The notes: a model not told the origin generated them from the letters alone. Positions 17,904 through 28,174 are shown, counted from the first letter of the stretch. The stretch is 64,000 bases of DNA from Terriglobia bacterium (GCA_963664115.2 CAXWPJ010000002.1:768001-832000), one strand, 5' to 3'. Program-made: numbers and translations.

Positions 17904-18377
17904 ATGGGTGAAGTGAAGTACGTATCCCGAGTCCAACTGGAAAGAAAGAAGGGTCCGCTGCGTCTGGCGACAATTCCCGCCGAGAGCGAACCGGTATGGT
18001 TCGGGGTTCACGGAGCGATCGCAGAGCATTACGGTGTGGACACTGCGAAACTGGAAGAGGTCCATGCGACAACGCTCGACTACGTTGTCGCTGCCGCCGG
18101 TGGCTGAATGATGGGAACCTTCGGGGGCGCGCTGGAAGCGCGCAAAATTGATGCTTCAGGTGGTCGGCTTACTGCGGAAGTGAGCGGAGAAGTGGAAACG
18201 GACGGCGGTGTGCTGATCATCAAACGTATCCACGTCGCCATGCAGTTGCGTGCATCGGAAGACGACAGAGAAGTTGTCGAACGGGTGCATGGTGTATTTG
18301 CCAACAAGTGTCCCGTCTTTCGTAGTATTGGTCCGGCGATAGCGATAACATCGTCCTACGAATTGGTCGGGGATTAA
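17904..18377 (+). CDS. OsmC-like selenoprotein, Sec at TGA 18105-18107
   Basis: Adjacent in-frame ORFs join as DYVVAAAGG-U-MMGT...ANKCPVFRSI; the TGA occupies the first catalytic Cys position of OsmC/Ohr. AAGGAG RBS. Confidence 0.85.
18127..18143 (+). promoter_or_regulatory. Candidate SECIS hairpin
   Basis: GCGCGCT-gga-AGCGCGC begins about 20 nt after the TGA. Confidence 0.6.
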
Positions 18378-18407
18378 TTGGTCGGGGATTAATTGGTCGG
18401 AGGTTAA
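18361..18407. repeat. 15-bp tandem repeat, 3 copies
   Basis: AATTGGTCGGGGATT twice plus AATTGGTCGGAGGTT, overlapping the OsmC stop. Confidence 0.9.
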
Positions 18408-18411
18408 GCTG

Positions 18412-19116
18412 ATGAAGAACGTTTCGCTCCTGGCCGTGACATTGGCCGTAATGGTCGTACTCGGTGTGTGGGTCAACTCAGTGGAAGCTGGAGAACGCCG
18501 CACGGTCACGCTGAGCTATGGCGGGGGAGAGAATCTGTCCCTCACGGTTGTCCTGCCTCTGGGCTATACGCCGGACACCGAGTATCCGCTTGTCTTTGCC
18601 TTGCCGCCCGGACCGGGCACCCCGGAGATGGTCAACGCGTTTCTGGGCAACTACTGGCTCGATGAGGCGGATCGTAGGGGATATATTCTGGTTTCACCTG
18701 CCATATTTGGACCGAACCTTGAAGGCTCGGCCGCTGAGGTTGTCGACACGGTGTTCGACTGGGTCGGAGAGAATCTCAGTTACGATGCCGCGCGCGTCAC
18801 GCTGGCGGGTCAGTCCAACGGAGGACTTGGCGCGTTCCATCTAGCTCGTGCCGACCCGGATCGTTTTGGATCGATAGTGGTCATGCCGGGCGGTTATGGA
18901 TCGGCCGGCGATCTGGCTCAACTCGGTGGAAAGCCGGTCTTGTTGGCCGTTGGGGAGCGCGACACGCAGTGGGTCACGTTGACGAACCGCACGCGCGACC
19001 TTCTTGTGCTGGCCGGCGCCGCTCCGCGGGTCGATGTCATACCGGGTGCAGGCCATGTTTTCCCGTATCCTGTCGATACTCTGTTTGACTGGATCGAGCA
19101 GGCACACCCCGAGTAG
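18412..19116 (+). CDS. Secreted alpha/beta hydrolase (esterase-like)
   Basis: Signal peptide, GQSNGG, GERD and GAGH triad motifs. Confidence 0.75.
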   Translation: MKNVSLLAVTLAVMVVLGVWVNSVEAGERRTVTLSYGGGENLSLTVVLPLGYTPDTEYPLVFALPPGPGTPEMVNAFLGNYWLDEADRRGYILVSPAIFGPNLEGSAAEVVDTVFDWVGENLSYDAARVTLAGQSNGGLGAFHLARADPDRFGSIVVMPGGYGSAGDLAQLGGKPVLLAVGERDTQWVTLTNRTRDLLVLAGAAPRVDVIPGAGHVFPYPVDTLFDWIEQAHPE

Positions 19117-19178
19117 CGGTGAACTGGGGCTGCGGACATTGCTTGGCATGGGCTCACCGAACCAACAGTTGAACGCAC

Positions 19179-19883
19179 ATGAACCTTGATAAAGCGACGG
19201 TCCTGGTCACGGGCGGAACGAGCGGCATCGGACGGGCCATAGCGGAGTCCTTGATAACTGCGGGCGCAAGCGTTGCGGTTACGGGTCGGGATTCCGCCCG
19301 GCTTGAGGAGACGGCCGGGGCATTGAGTGCTCTCCCGATTCAGGCGGACGTTGCGAATGAATCCGACGTGCAGCGGACCTACGAGCAAGTCTTCGATGCC
19401 TTCGGTCACCTGGACATACTGATCAACAACGCCGGTCACGGACTCTTCAAGCCCCTGGTGGACACCGATCGCACCGAGTTCGACCGAATCCTTCAGACGA
19501 ATGTGACGGGAGCGATGTTGATGGGACGCGAGGCAGCCCGGCATTTTGTTTCCCGGGGGGGCGGCAACATCGTCAATATTGCCTCGACGGGTGCGGTGCG
19601 CGGTGGACCCAACGGCACAGCCTACTACGCGAGCAAATTTGCCCTTCGGGGAATGACCGAATGCTGGCGGGCCGAACTCCGGCCCCACAATGTGCGGGTG
19701 TTCCTCATCAATCCCAGTGAGGTCATCACAAGTTTCGCCGCGACGGCCGGTTTCCCTCAGGATGACAATCCAACCAAGCTGCACGCGGAAGACATCGCCC
19801 ACATGGTAAAAGGCGTTCTGGAAATGGACGATCGCGGCTTCACGACCGAGTTGACGATCTTTGCGACGAATCCTAAGGACTAG
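19179..19883 (+). CDS. SDR family oxidoreductase
   Basis: TGGTSGIG, NNAG and YYASK. Confidence 0.9.
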   Translation: MNLDKATVLVTGGTSGIGRAIAESLITAGASVAVTGRDSARLEETAGALSALPIQADVANESDVQRTYEQVFDAFGHLDILINNAGHGLFKPLVDTDRTEFDRILQTNVTGAMLMGREAARHFVSRGGGNIVNIASTGAVRGGPNGTAYYASKFALRGMTECWRAELRPHNVRVFLINPSEVITSFAATAGFPQDDNPTKLHAEDIAHMVKGVLEMDDRGFTTELTIFATNPKD

Positions 19884-19917
19884 GTAGAGGAATGGGTGGG
19901 GTGGTCGCGATTTAAGA

Positions 19918-20055
19918 TTTCGCTCGGTCGTTCAAACGGCCATCCTGGCCGAACGACCGGCGACCCTTGCCATCATCCTGATGGCAAGGGTTATTGGGAT
20001 CGGCCGAACGATTAAGCATTCCCCAATACGACCCGCAGCGTTCCTCGCTGCGGGT
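19918..20055 (-). repeat. Structured intergenic element with GGA-loop hairpins; homolog at 30304-30376
   Basis: Three stems, including the perfect 13-bp ACCCTTGCCATCA-tcc-TGATGGCAAGGGT and 10-bp ACCCGCAGCG-ttcct-CGCTGCGGGT. Confidence 0.75.
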
Positions 20056-20150
20056 GAACAACGAGGCGGTAGCCGAGGCGTTTAGAGTAATAAGATGATT
20101 GGATCGGACCCGAACGAAGTTGCCAAGCAGGAAACTCCCAACCCCCGCCA

Positions 20151-20963
20151 CTAGCCAATCCGTGTAGCCGTTATCAGCGCATATCCCAGTTGACCTGCGT
20201 TGATGGCTTCAAGTGCCGCCTTGGCCATGTGTTTTGCGCTCGTGAAGTCCACGCCGTCCAGGTCGATCTTCTTGAGTCCGACTGCGATTTCCAGGCCCAG
20301 CAACTTCCCGCGAATCTGGTTGACCATTTGCGTGAGTGCATCGTCGTGAGCTGTGACCGAATCCATCCTGAAACCGGCCGCTTGAAGCATCTCCGTGTAG
20401 CCATCGACGGGTCGGGCGTCGGCGATACATGCCACCCACGCCATCAGGGAATCCAGAGCTTCAGGCAACGTGTCGCTGCGAGTGATGTCGCTGAGGCCGA
20501 GGCGGCTTCCTCTCCGCAGGACACGATGGAACTGGGCCCCCGCCTTCGCTTTGTCCGGGAAGGTACAAAAGGCACATTCGCAGATGATCGCGTCGAATGA
20601 TGCGTCTTCAAAAGGTAAAAGCTCGGAATCGCCCTGTTGGAATTGGACACGTCCACTGAGACCGCGTGCGGCGGCTTCCTCGTTTGCCATACGGACGTTG
20701 TCCGCTCCGTAATCCACACCCACGACTTCGCAATCAAAGGTTTCGGCAACATGAAGGGCACTCGTGCCGGTACCGGAGGCCACGTCCAGAACTCTCAGAC
20801 CAGGTTCGAGATTCAGTGCCTGTCCGAGTTCAGTGGTCAAGGCCAGTCCGCCCGGATGAAACGAGTCGCCCAGAAGCAGCCGAACAAAATCCTGTTCGTA
20901 AAGTTGCGCGCAGCAGGATTTGAGGTCTTGTCTGGCTGTGGGAAGATCCATCGATTCCTTCAT
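20151..20963 (-). CDS. Class I SAM-dependent methyltransferase (UbiE/ArsM-like)
   Basis: HPGGLALT, VLDVASGTG, CECAFCTFPDK; N-terminal CC. Confidence 0.85.
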   Translation of the reverse strand: MKESMDLPTARQDLKSCCAQLYEQDFVRLLLGDSFHPGGLALTTELGQALNLEPGLRVLDVASGTGTSALHVAETFDCEVVGVDYGADNVRMANEEAAARGLSGRVQFQQGDSELLPFEDASFDAIICECAFCTFPDKAKAGAQFHRVLRRGSRLGLSDITRSDTLPEALDSLMAWVACIADARPVDGYTEMLQAAGFRMDSVTAHDDALTQMVNQIRGKLLGLEIAVGLKKIDLDGVDFTSAKHMAKAALEAINAGQLGYALITATRIG

Positions 20964-22492
20964 GAGTCACCCTTATTGAACGAGAAAGTAACCGGCTGTG
21001 GTTCGTATGGGGTGCCTTCTTTGCGAGCCTTGCGTCGTGCGGGTTCCATGCCGTCAAGCTGCGAACGGGCCTGTTCACGATAGCCCACTGTGTTGTATGC
21101 GCAGAACGGGATTTGTTTGCCACCGGGCAGGAGGAATTCCTTACAGCATTTCATCAGGTTCTTCTGATTGAACGTCCACGGATCCATGAAATCCTGCAAC
21201 ATGATCATGAGCACGTGTTCGGCTATATCGTCCACCGCGATCGATTCCGGAATGCCGCAGGCCTGACACGAGGCTAAGATCTGTCCGGAGGACTTATCGG
21301 AACCGGGAACTGAGGACGAGGACCACAAGCCTTCCAGAGCTTGTGTCACATCCTGGTTCCAGTCCGGCAGTGCGCGATTGGTGATGTAGTCCAGATAGTC
21401 GTCCACGTTGACGACGCGGGGTATGGGAGTCACGGTGTCCCCGTCGATGAACGCGTACGTCACCGAGTTGCATGTCGGAAAACAGCACGGGACAGGCACG
21501 AAATCGCTGACCACGAATTGCTTCTTCGTCTGTTCCTCGATCAACCGCAGAACGTCGGGTATCGTCATGCGTTCCATGGGATCGTGTGCCATATGACGAC
21601 CGGTGTGAAACGCCGGCTGGAAGTTGATGCCGCGGACGGCGGGGTGTTTGATCGCCAGGTCGATGATCTTTCCAAGCTCGTGATCGTTGACCGCACGCTC
21701 GATCGCAGGAACAAGCGTGACGCTCAGCCCTATTGCCGCAAGCCTGTCCAGCGCGCGGAGCTTCTGCTCGAGAATGTCGGGCTCGCCTCGAATGATTCGG
21801 TATGTTTCGCTGTCGAAACCGTCGAACTGAAAATAAATGGAAGGACGCGCCAGGTTGAGTTGTTCTAGAAACGCATCATCGGTGGCGATCCGTTTGCCGT
21901 TCGTATTGAGCATGACCATCGGAATACCACGGGCCTTGGCCGCGCCGATGAAATCGATAATCTGCGGATGAATCGTCGGCTCCCCGCCGGAAAACTGGAC
22001 GACTTCGGGGTCGCCCTCGGTACGAACAAAGTCGTCCAGCATTCCCTCAACCTCTTCCAGAGTGAGGCTGAAGCCGGGACCGGCTTCGGAGAAGCAGAGC
22101 GGGCAGCTCATATTGCAGGCGCTGTTTACTTCTATGATTCCGAGACATGCATGCTGCTGGTGATCCGGACACAGACCACAATCATGAGGGCATCCGTCCT
22201 GAATGTCCGTTCCGAAAGCCAAGGGAATAGTGCCGGGCTTGTTGTACTTGCTCTGGGCGACATACATCTGGGCGTCGCCGTATACCAATCCCTCAAAGGG
22301 CCCACATTCCGGGCAGCGTTTGCGCATGTAGACCTTGTTGTTGCGCAACAGGATCTGGGCATCGATCACCTTGCGGCATTCCGGACAGATGCTGCGTGTG
22401 AGTTCGTAGAAGATGTAGTCGGCGTCTTTCTTCTTTGGTGTTTCGGAAGGCGAAACCTGTTTTGCCATCGTTCCTCCAGCGGGCTGTATCAC
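20960..22492 (-). CDS. Radical SAM protein (MJ0619-like, multi-cysteine)
   Basis: CNMSCPLC, SGGEPT, N-terminal CPEC and CPHDCGLCPDH, C-terminal KCC...IPFCAYN. Confidence 0.85.
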   Translation of the reverse strand: MIQPAGGTMAKQVSPSETPKKKDADYIFYELTRSICPECRKVIDAQILLRNNKVYMRKRCPECGPFEGLVYGDAQMYVAQSKYNKPGTIPLAFGTDIQDGCPHDCGLCPDHQQHACLGIIEVNSACNMSCPLCFSEAGPGFSLTLEEVEGMLDDFVRTEGDPEVVQFSGGEPTIHPQIIDFIGAAKARGIPMVMLNTNGKRIATDDAFLEQLNLARPSIYFQFDGFDSETYRIIRGEPDILEQKLRALDRLAAIGLSVTLVPAIERAVNDHELGKIIDLAIKHPAVRGINFQPAFHTGRHMAHDPMERMTIPDVLRLIEEQTKKQFVVSDFVPVPCCFPTCNSVTYAFIDGDTVTPIPRVVNVDDYLDYITNRALPDWNQDVTQALEGLWSSSSVPGSDKSSGQILASCQACGIPESIAVDDIAEHVLMIMLQDFMDPWTFNQKNLMKCCKEFLLPGGKQIPFCAYNTVGYREQARSQLDGMEPARRKARKEGTPYEPQPVTFSFNKGDS

Positions 22493-23898
22493 CGCAACAG
22501 TTTTGAAATTCCCCGGATCACTTTTCCCTTAGTGCCGGTGAGTGTCTGTTCGACGGCGACGTCCGCAGCGAGTTGCCCCACGGCAGTTGAATACGTTGGA
22601 TAGGGGTGCATCGTAGCGGCCAAGTCTCTGAGGCGCAGCTTCCTCTCGATCGCAATGACGAACTCCGTGATGACTTCGCCGGCCCGCCCCGCCACGATCG
22701 TTGCACCCAGAATGATGTCGTCGGCCCCTGTAACGACTTTGAGAAAACCTCGAATATCGTTTTCGCAGACGGCGCGATCGACATGGCTCATTCCCCGGCG
22801 GTGCACCCGGACCGCGTTGCCGAATTGATTTCGAGCTTCTCCCTCGCTCAAGCCAATATGCGCTATCTCAGGATCCGTGTATGTGACCCATGGCACGATA
22901 GAGGTGAATCCGGAGCTGTGGCCGGGAAGCAGGGCATTGCGAACTGCCTGGAATCCCTGCCATGCCGCAAAGTGTGTGAACTGAACCCCACCCGTGACGT
23001 CGCCCGCCGCGTATATGTGTTTGACACTGGTGCGCAGTTGGTCGTCGACCTCGATGCCCTTCGGGGTGTGCCGGACGCCGGCTTTGTCCAGGCCGAGTGT
23101 CTCCAGGTTTGGGGCGCGGCCTGTGGCTACCAGTAGCAGTTCCGACCGGTTCTGGCCCGACGGTGTATCTATGATCACGTAGCTACCGTCATGATAAACC
23201 CGGGTTGCCAGGCCTTCCAGAAATCGAATGCCCTCACCTCGGAGAACTTCCAGCATGAGCTCTCGCGCTTCAGGCTCTTCTCTCGGCAAGAGCGCGACGT
23301 CGATTATCGTGACCTGGGAACCCAGCCGCTGGTAGGCCTGGGCCAACTCGACGCCGATCGGTCCGGCGCCGATGATCGCCATGGTTTTGGGAAGGCGGTC
23401 GATGTCGAAGACCTGTTCGTATGTGATGAATGGGGTTTTCTCCAAGCCCGGAATAGGTGGCAGCATCGGACGGGCGCCGGTCGTGATCAGAAACGCTTTC
23501 GCCTTGAGGAGCCGGTCACCGGCCAGCAGAGTTTCCTCATCCACGAACTCGGCCGCGGCTTGAATGACTGCGACACCAGCCTCCTGGAACGTTTCGGGTG
23601 TCTCGTACTGGTAAACCTGACGGATGGCTGCGCTCACGTAGCGCTTCACCTGGCTCATATCGACAGTTGGAGGGGACACGGTTATACCGTAATGTGACGC
23701 CGTGCGCGCCTCGTGCGCGACCTTGGCGGCTTTGAGCAGCGCTTTGCTCGGGACACAGCCCGTCCAGGTGCAGTCGCCTCCGATGCGGTCTTTTTCGACC
23801 AGAGCTGTTCTCGCTCCCAGCTTCGCGGCAAAATTCGCTGCCGTTATTCCGCCCGATCCCGCACCGACGATTACAAGGTCGAATGGTGATTCCATCAA
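22489..23898 (-). CDS. FAD-dependent pyridine nucleotide-disulfide oxidoreductase (MerA/dihydrolipoamide dehydrogenase-like)
   Basis: GAGSGG, GGDCTWTGCVPSK and HPYPT. No C-terminal Cys-Cys. Confidence 0.85.
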   Translation of the reverse strand: MMESPFDLVIVGAGSGGITAANFAAKLGARTALVEKDRIGGDCTWTGCVPSKALLKAAKVAHEARTASHYGITVSPPTVDMSQVKRYVSAAIRQVYQYETPETFQEAGVAVIQAAAEFVDEETLLAGDRLLKAKAFLITTGARPMLPPIPGLEKTPFITYEQVFDIDRLPKTMAIIGAGPIGVELAQAYQRLGSQVTIIDVALLPREEPEARELMLEVLRGEGIRFLEGLATRVYHDGSYVIIDTPSGQNRSELLLVATGRAPNLETLGLDKAGVRHTPKGIEVDDQLRTSVKHIYAAGDVTGGVQFTHFAAWQGFQAVRNALLPGHSSGFTSIVPWVTYTDPEIAHIGLSEGEARNQFGNAVRVHRRGMSHVDRAVCENDIRGFLKVVTGADDIILGATIVAGRAGEVITEFVIAIERKLRLRDLAATMHPYPTYSTAVGQLAADVAVEQTLTGTKGKVIRGISKLLR

Positions 23899-25208
23899 AG
23901 TGAGTCCCTCTCCGGAAGATTACGAATGGTTACCAGCGCCACTACGACCAGCGCCACGGTCCCGTGTATCAATCCGTCCACCCCGAACGCCGCTCCGAGA
24001 ACACTTCCGATCAGAGCGCCCAGCAGCGCTCCGACACCAAGCAGTGCCGAATATATTCCCATCGTTGCCCCGCGACCGGCCGCACCCCCGACGATATCTG
24101 CAAGCAGGGCCAGAGCTCCCGGCGTGAACCCGCTCTCAACCATCACCGCCGCAGCCAGAAACACCAGTAGTCCCAGCCGTGGGGCGTTTCCCAACGCGGG
24201 AGTATGATTCAAGACATATAGCCCTGCACACACGACCAGTGTTGCCGTCAATCCGGCCACGAGAACTGTTTTTCTATCGACGCGGTCGAGAAAGAAACTC
24301 CAGATCGTCACGCCGATCGCAAACACGAGGGCGTATCCAAGAAACACCCAGCCGACCTGTTCCGGGTTGTCCGCGAACAATCCGTTCAAATACTGCGTAC
24401 TTTCCTGTCGCAGCGTGAGAAGGAAAGTGACCATCGGGCCCAACCAGAGACCCACGATCGCATTGATCGCGATCCATGCGGGTGCAAGCATCCTGATCGA
24501 GGGGTCTCCCAGTGCCCGTCTCAGTCCTTCGAACGCTTCGACCGTGCTCCGGGATTCGGCCGTTTCCGCGCCAAACCAGAAGGTGGCTGAACTCGCCAGA
24601 TATATGCCGGCCATCGCGACAAATGCGCCCGTTCCCAAAAGCTGCCAGAGACCCGCACCGATCGGGGCTCCAAGGGCAAGGCCTGCCAGGAGAGTCAGTT
24701 CAAACAGAGCCATCACGCGGCCACGCATGTTAAGCCCGTCTTCGGTCAGGTCTGTCAGGTAGGCTAGGATAGCCGGTGAGCTGGCCGCCCATGCGCTTCC
24801 GTCGACGCTACGGGCAACGAAGAATGCTGGTACTGAGCGGGCCACTCCCAGCAGGCCCATCCCGGCTGCACCAAGCAGGCCGCTTCCAATCATCAGGAAG
24901 CGGGGAGACAGACGGTCTGCAAGAATCCCCATCGGCAGTGCCCCGATCAGTTCCGCACCGTAGGCCACCGCACCGAGGAGGCCCACGATCGCCGCGTTCA
25001 CGTCCTGACCTTGATTTCCGAGGTCGGCAAAGTAGAGTCCAACCAGAACGCCGCCGGCCCCGCCCGCGATTCGGACGAGCGCGTTTCCCGCGAGCACGAC
25101 GGGCCAGCGCCGACTATCGTTTCGCAATGAATGTGTTTCCACGTCGTTAAGAGAGGGTGCCCGAAGATTCACCAACCCTCGTGCGAGAGTTTCACCCGGC
25201 CTGCCCAT
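23895..25208 (-). CDS. MFS transporter (start uncertain)
   Basis: About 12 TM segments, GILADRLSPR motif A, RGRVMA; stop overlaps the next start. Confidence 0.8.
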   Translation of the reverse strand: MGRPGETLARGLVNLRAPSLNDVETHSLRNDSRRWPVVLAGNALVRIAGGAGGVLVGLYFADLGNQGQDVNAAIVGLLGAVAYGAELIGALPMGILADRLSPRFLMIGSGLLGAAGMGLLGVARSVPAFFVARSVDGSAWAASSPAILAYLTDLTEDGLNMRGRVMALFELTLLAGLALGAPIGAGLWQLLGTGAFVAMAGIYLASSATFWFGAETAESRSTVEAFEGLRRALGDPSIRMLAPAWIAINAIVGLWLGPMVTFLLTLRQESTQYLNGLFADNPEQVGWVFLGYALVFAIGVTIWSFFLDRVDRKTVLVAGLTATLVVCAGLYVLNHTPALGNAPRLGLLVFLAAAVMVESGFTPGALALLADIVGGAAGRGATMGIYSALLGVGALLGALIGSVLGAAFGVDGLIHGTVALVVVALVTIRNLPERDSL

Positions 25209-25344
25209 GCTACTGCTTCGTGCGTTCCGGAATCCAAATTTCGGGTTAAGGAAATTCGAAATCGCCGCAGACTGGGGGGACACAAATCCCGAAAATTAAT
25301 GAATATAGCAAGTCAGGTGGATGTTGCCGGTGGGATGTCTTACA

Positions 25345-25436
25345 GAAGGGGACGTGAAGGGAACGGCCACTTCAGCCGAAATATACTCGTCACGCCCCAA
25401 TTTCGCATGAAGTGTCCGTCCCCTTCACGTCCCTTC
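25345..25436. repeat. REP-like inverted repeat pair
   Basis: GAAGGGGACGTGAAGGGAACGGCCACTTCA ... TGAAGTGTCCGTCCCCTTCACGTCCCTTC at the end of the TonB-like gene. Confidence 0.8.
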
Positions 25437-27945
25437 AAAACTGATACCGCATGCCGGCCTGGATTCGCCGTGGCGAACTGGCGCTGGTGGAGAGCCCGAA
25501 GTTTTTCGAGCTTAAGGTGCCACTCGGAGTGCCCAGGTTGGTCATGTTGAAGGCGTTGCTCAGATTGGCGAAGACGCTGACCCGGGATCTGCCAGCCAAT
25601 TCAAGTGCTTTCGACAGATTGAACCCCCAAGTCAGCGAATTTGGACCGGTTTCGCTGTTGCGGACGAGGATGGCCTGTCCCGGCTCGGGATCCAGATCAA
25701 AGGCCCCGAAATCTGTTATGACAACACCGGGTCGGGTGAGGTCGGTAGCGAGAGCGGGCCGGTCTGTGAACTCACCGTCCCTGTTGTTGTCCTTACCCGT
25801 CGTGATCGAGTACATGTCGCCGCTCGTGAAGTTGACCACAGTTGTTAGATAGACATCCCACGGCAACCTCGAGTTGACGCTCGCGTTGAGGCGGTGTGTC
25901 TGTCTCAGGCCCGCACGGCCCCAGTCCCCTCGAAGATCGTAGCTGTTTGCAGGAAGCCGTCTTCCGTCGCCGTCGCTATGGCCCACGTTACCGCTGTAGT
26001 CGACGTTGATGTTGAAGATGCTGAAACGTTGTCGCAATCGGACTTTGAAATTCTTGTGTATGGATAGTCCGCTCGATTCCAGTTGGAGAATGTCACCTTC
26101 TTCGGGAACAGGCCGGATGCCGTCGGGATGTTCGTCGCTGAGCGTTCCGGGCAGGGGGGCGTTGGTGTTGCGCATACGGCGCATCTTGAGGCCTCGGTTG
26201 TAGTCGAAACTCACTGTCAGGAAGAGGTTGGCTGGCAGGCTCTGCTCAACCGAGATCAGCGAACTGAAGTAGTAACCGGAGAGGAAGTCCGGTGCGAGGA
26301 CGCGACGCGAGGGAGGCGGAATAGCTTCAAGATCACCCGCCTGGTAGGGATCCGGCCAGCCCGGATCCGAAATTCGAATCCGGTGTTGACGTGTTCCATC
26401 CTCTTGCAAGACCCTCCGAAACTCCCAGTGGTTGAGCCGCTGATGAAAGAGTCCTGTGCCACCCCGGACGACGGTCGAGTTTCCCACCGCATACGCAAAT
26501 CCCAAACGGGGATCGAAATCGTTGCGGTCGTTGAGATTGTTCTGCGTCGAGTAGAGCAGGCCGAGGTTCAGGGTAAAACGGTTGCTCAGCCGCAAATCAC
26601 TCTGGACGAAAAATTCACTGTCGACTTGGGTTTGTTCGAATCCAGGATCACCCACGTTGACATCGTACTGCTCGGGTTGGCCGCTCCGGAATTTGTCCAG
26701 ATCCGAGAAGGTAAACCGGCCTTCAAAATTACTTTGCTGTATAGAATTTTCATCCCAATAGTCTATCTTGCTCCCCGCTCTCAGCCTCAGACGGGAGCCT
26801 TCGTAATAGAGAAGGTTTTTGAACTGCATGCTCGTGGCGTCGAGTTCATTGCGATTCTGACCGCCACCGCCATTGAAAGCGTCCAGGACGTTGATCGCCT
26901 GTCCCGTCGTGATGGGAATCGTTTCATTGGATTGGTCGTTCCATGAAAAGCTGGTCTCGTGAACTGTGTTGTCAGAGAAGACAGTGATCTGCCGCAAGTC
27001 GAAGCCGACACTTTGTTCGGACGAATTGGAACCGCGTTCAGGCAAGGTGAAACGGCCGATACCGTTGTTTTCTTCCGATTCGGAATCGTACTCTACGCCA
27101 AAATGAAGGGAATTCGCCTCGTTGAGCTGAAGAATGCCTTCCGCTTCGTAATTCTTCGAGACACGGGGTCGTGTAATGCCGAGCGTAAACGGCCCCTCCA
27201 GCGTCTGTGCAACCACACTCCCCACGTTTTCCTGCCTGTTGTTGTCGATGGAGAAGCTGGCGGTGAGGCGGTCTTGAATGACGGGACCACTGATGTTTCC
27301 ACTGATGGCGCGTTCGCGAGACTCAGGTTTGTTATCCGCAGTCGGGTTGCGGGCGTTTAAGGCATCGTCTTCGAATTCCGCGATAAAATTTCCGTGGAAG
27401 GCGCCCGATCCGCCACGTTCGATGACTTCGGTCCGCTGGCCCCCCTGAGGCCCGTTGCTTCCCGACCGTCCGTTCTCGACATTGAACGTATTGTTCGTGA
27501 CGCGGATCTGCTGAATCTGGCTGACCTCGGTGCCGGCTTCTTCCGCACCGTCGATCGTTGCTGCGAGTGTTCCACCTTGAGACTCGAACTCTTCGACCGC
27601 GGCCCTTTGATCGATTGTCAGGTAATCGGAGAGCTTGGCCCGGAAGGCATCATGGATCCACTGGATACTTGCAAGAGCGCGGTCACGCTCCGCTCCCTCC
27701 GGTATTCCATCGCTGAAATCCATGATGTCCCCGAAGAGACTCTCCGAGGCCTGGCGTTGTTCCTCAACGAGCAGGGTCACCTGGCCTTCCTGTGCCGGGG
27801 TAAAAGGAACGCCTGCTTCAGCCAGGACTCGGGAGAGTTGCTCTTTGAGCTGGTCAAGCGGATTCTGGGTGACCAACTGCGCGTGGGCGGGCAGGGTCGC
27901 CAGAACAAGACATAGAACCAGTTGACGTAAATACATTATTCGCAT
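25435..27945 (-). CDS. TonB-dependent receptor-like outer-membrane beta-barrel protein
   Basis: DDALNARNP, FDPRLGFAY, VVRGGTGLF and C-terminal PRRIQAGMRYQF; signal peptide. Confidence 0.75.
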   Translation of the reverse strand: MRIMYLRQLVLCLVLATLPAHAQLVTQNPLDQLKEQLSRVLAEAGVPFTPAQEGQVTLLVEEQRQASESLFGDIMDFSDGIPEGAERDRALASIQWIHDAFRAKLSDYLTIDQRAAVEEFESQGGTLAATIDGAEEAGTEVSQIQQIRVTNNTFNVENGRSGSNGPQGGQRTEVIERGGSGAFHGNFIAEFEDDALNARNPTADNKPESRERAISGNISGPVIQDRLTASFSIDNNRQENVGSVVAQTLEGPFTLGITRPRVSKNYEAEGILQLNEANSLHFGVEYDSESEENNGIGRFTLPERGSNSSEQSVGFDLRQITVFSDNTVHETSFSWNDQSNETIPITTGQAINVLDAFNGGGGQNRNELDATSMQFKNLLYYEGSRLRLRAGSKIDYWDENSIQQSNFEGRFTFSDLDKFRSGQPEQYDVNVGDPGFEQTQVDSEFFVQSDLRLSNRFTLNLGLLYSTQNNLNDRNDFDPRLGFAYAVGNSTVVRGGTGLFHQRLNHWEFRRVLQEDGTRQHRIRISDPGWPDPYQAGDLEAIPPPSRRVLAPDFLSGYYFSSLISVEQSLPANLFLTVSFDYNRGLKMRRMRNTNAPLPGTLSDEHPDGIRPVPEEGDILQLESSGLSIHKNFKVRLRQRFSIFNINVDYSGNVGHSDGDGRRLPANSYDLRGDWGRAGLRQTHRLNASVNSRLPWDVYLTTVVNFTSGDMYSITTGKDNNRDGEFTDRPALATDLTRPGVVITDFGAFDLDPEPGQAILVRNSETGPNSLTWGFNLSKALELAGRSRVSVFANLSNAFNMTNLGTPSGTLSSKNFGLSTSASSPRRIQAGMRYQF

Positions 27946-28174
27946 CGAAGGCGTGCAGAATCAAAGACTTCATCGATTCTAACGAGATGACAGGGTTTTG
28001 TCTAAGCCCGAGTCGGTCCCGCTTGACCCGGAACCGGCAAAACCTCTTGACGCTCCAAGCCCCGAAGATGATCATGGGCACACAGCTTCTTGGCGAAGTT
28101 GTTTACTGATGATTCGGGCAAGGATTCGGATTGCCTCTCGCACCTTATGCTCAGGGTGCGGGTTTGGAGAGCTT

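Noticed and set aside
22489-23898. Call as mercuric reductase merA
   Set aside because: No C-terminal Cys-Cys, no NmerA domain and no mer genes nearby.
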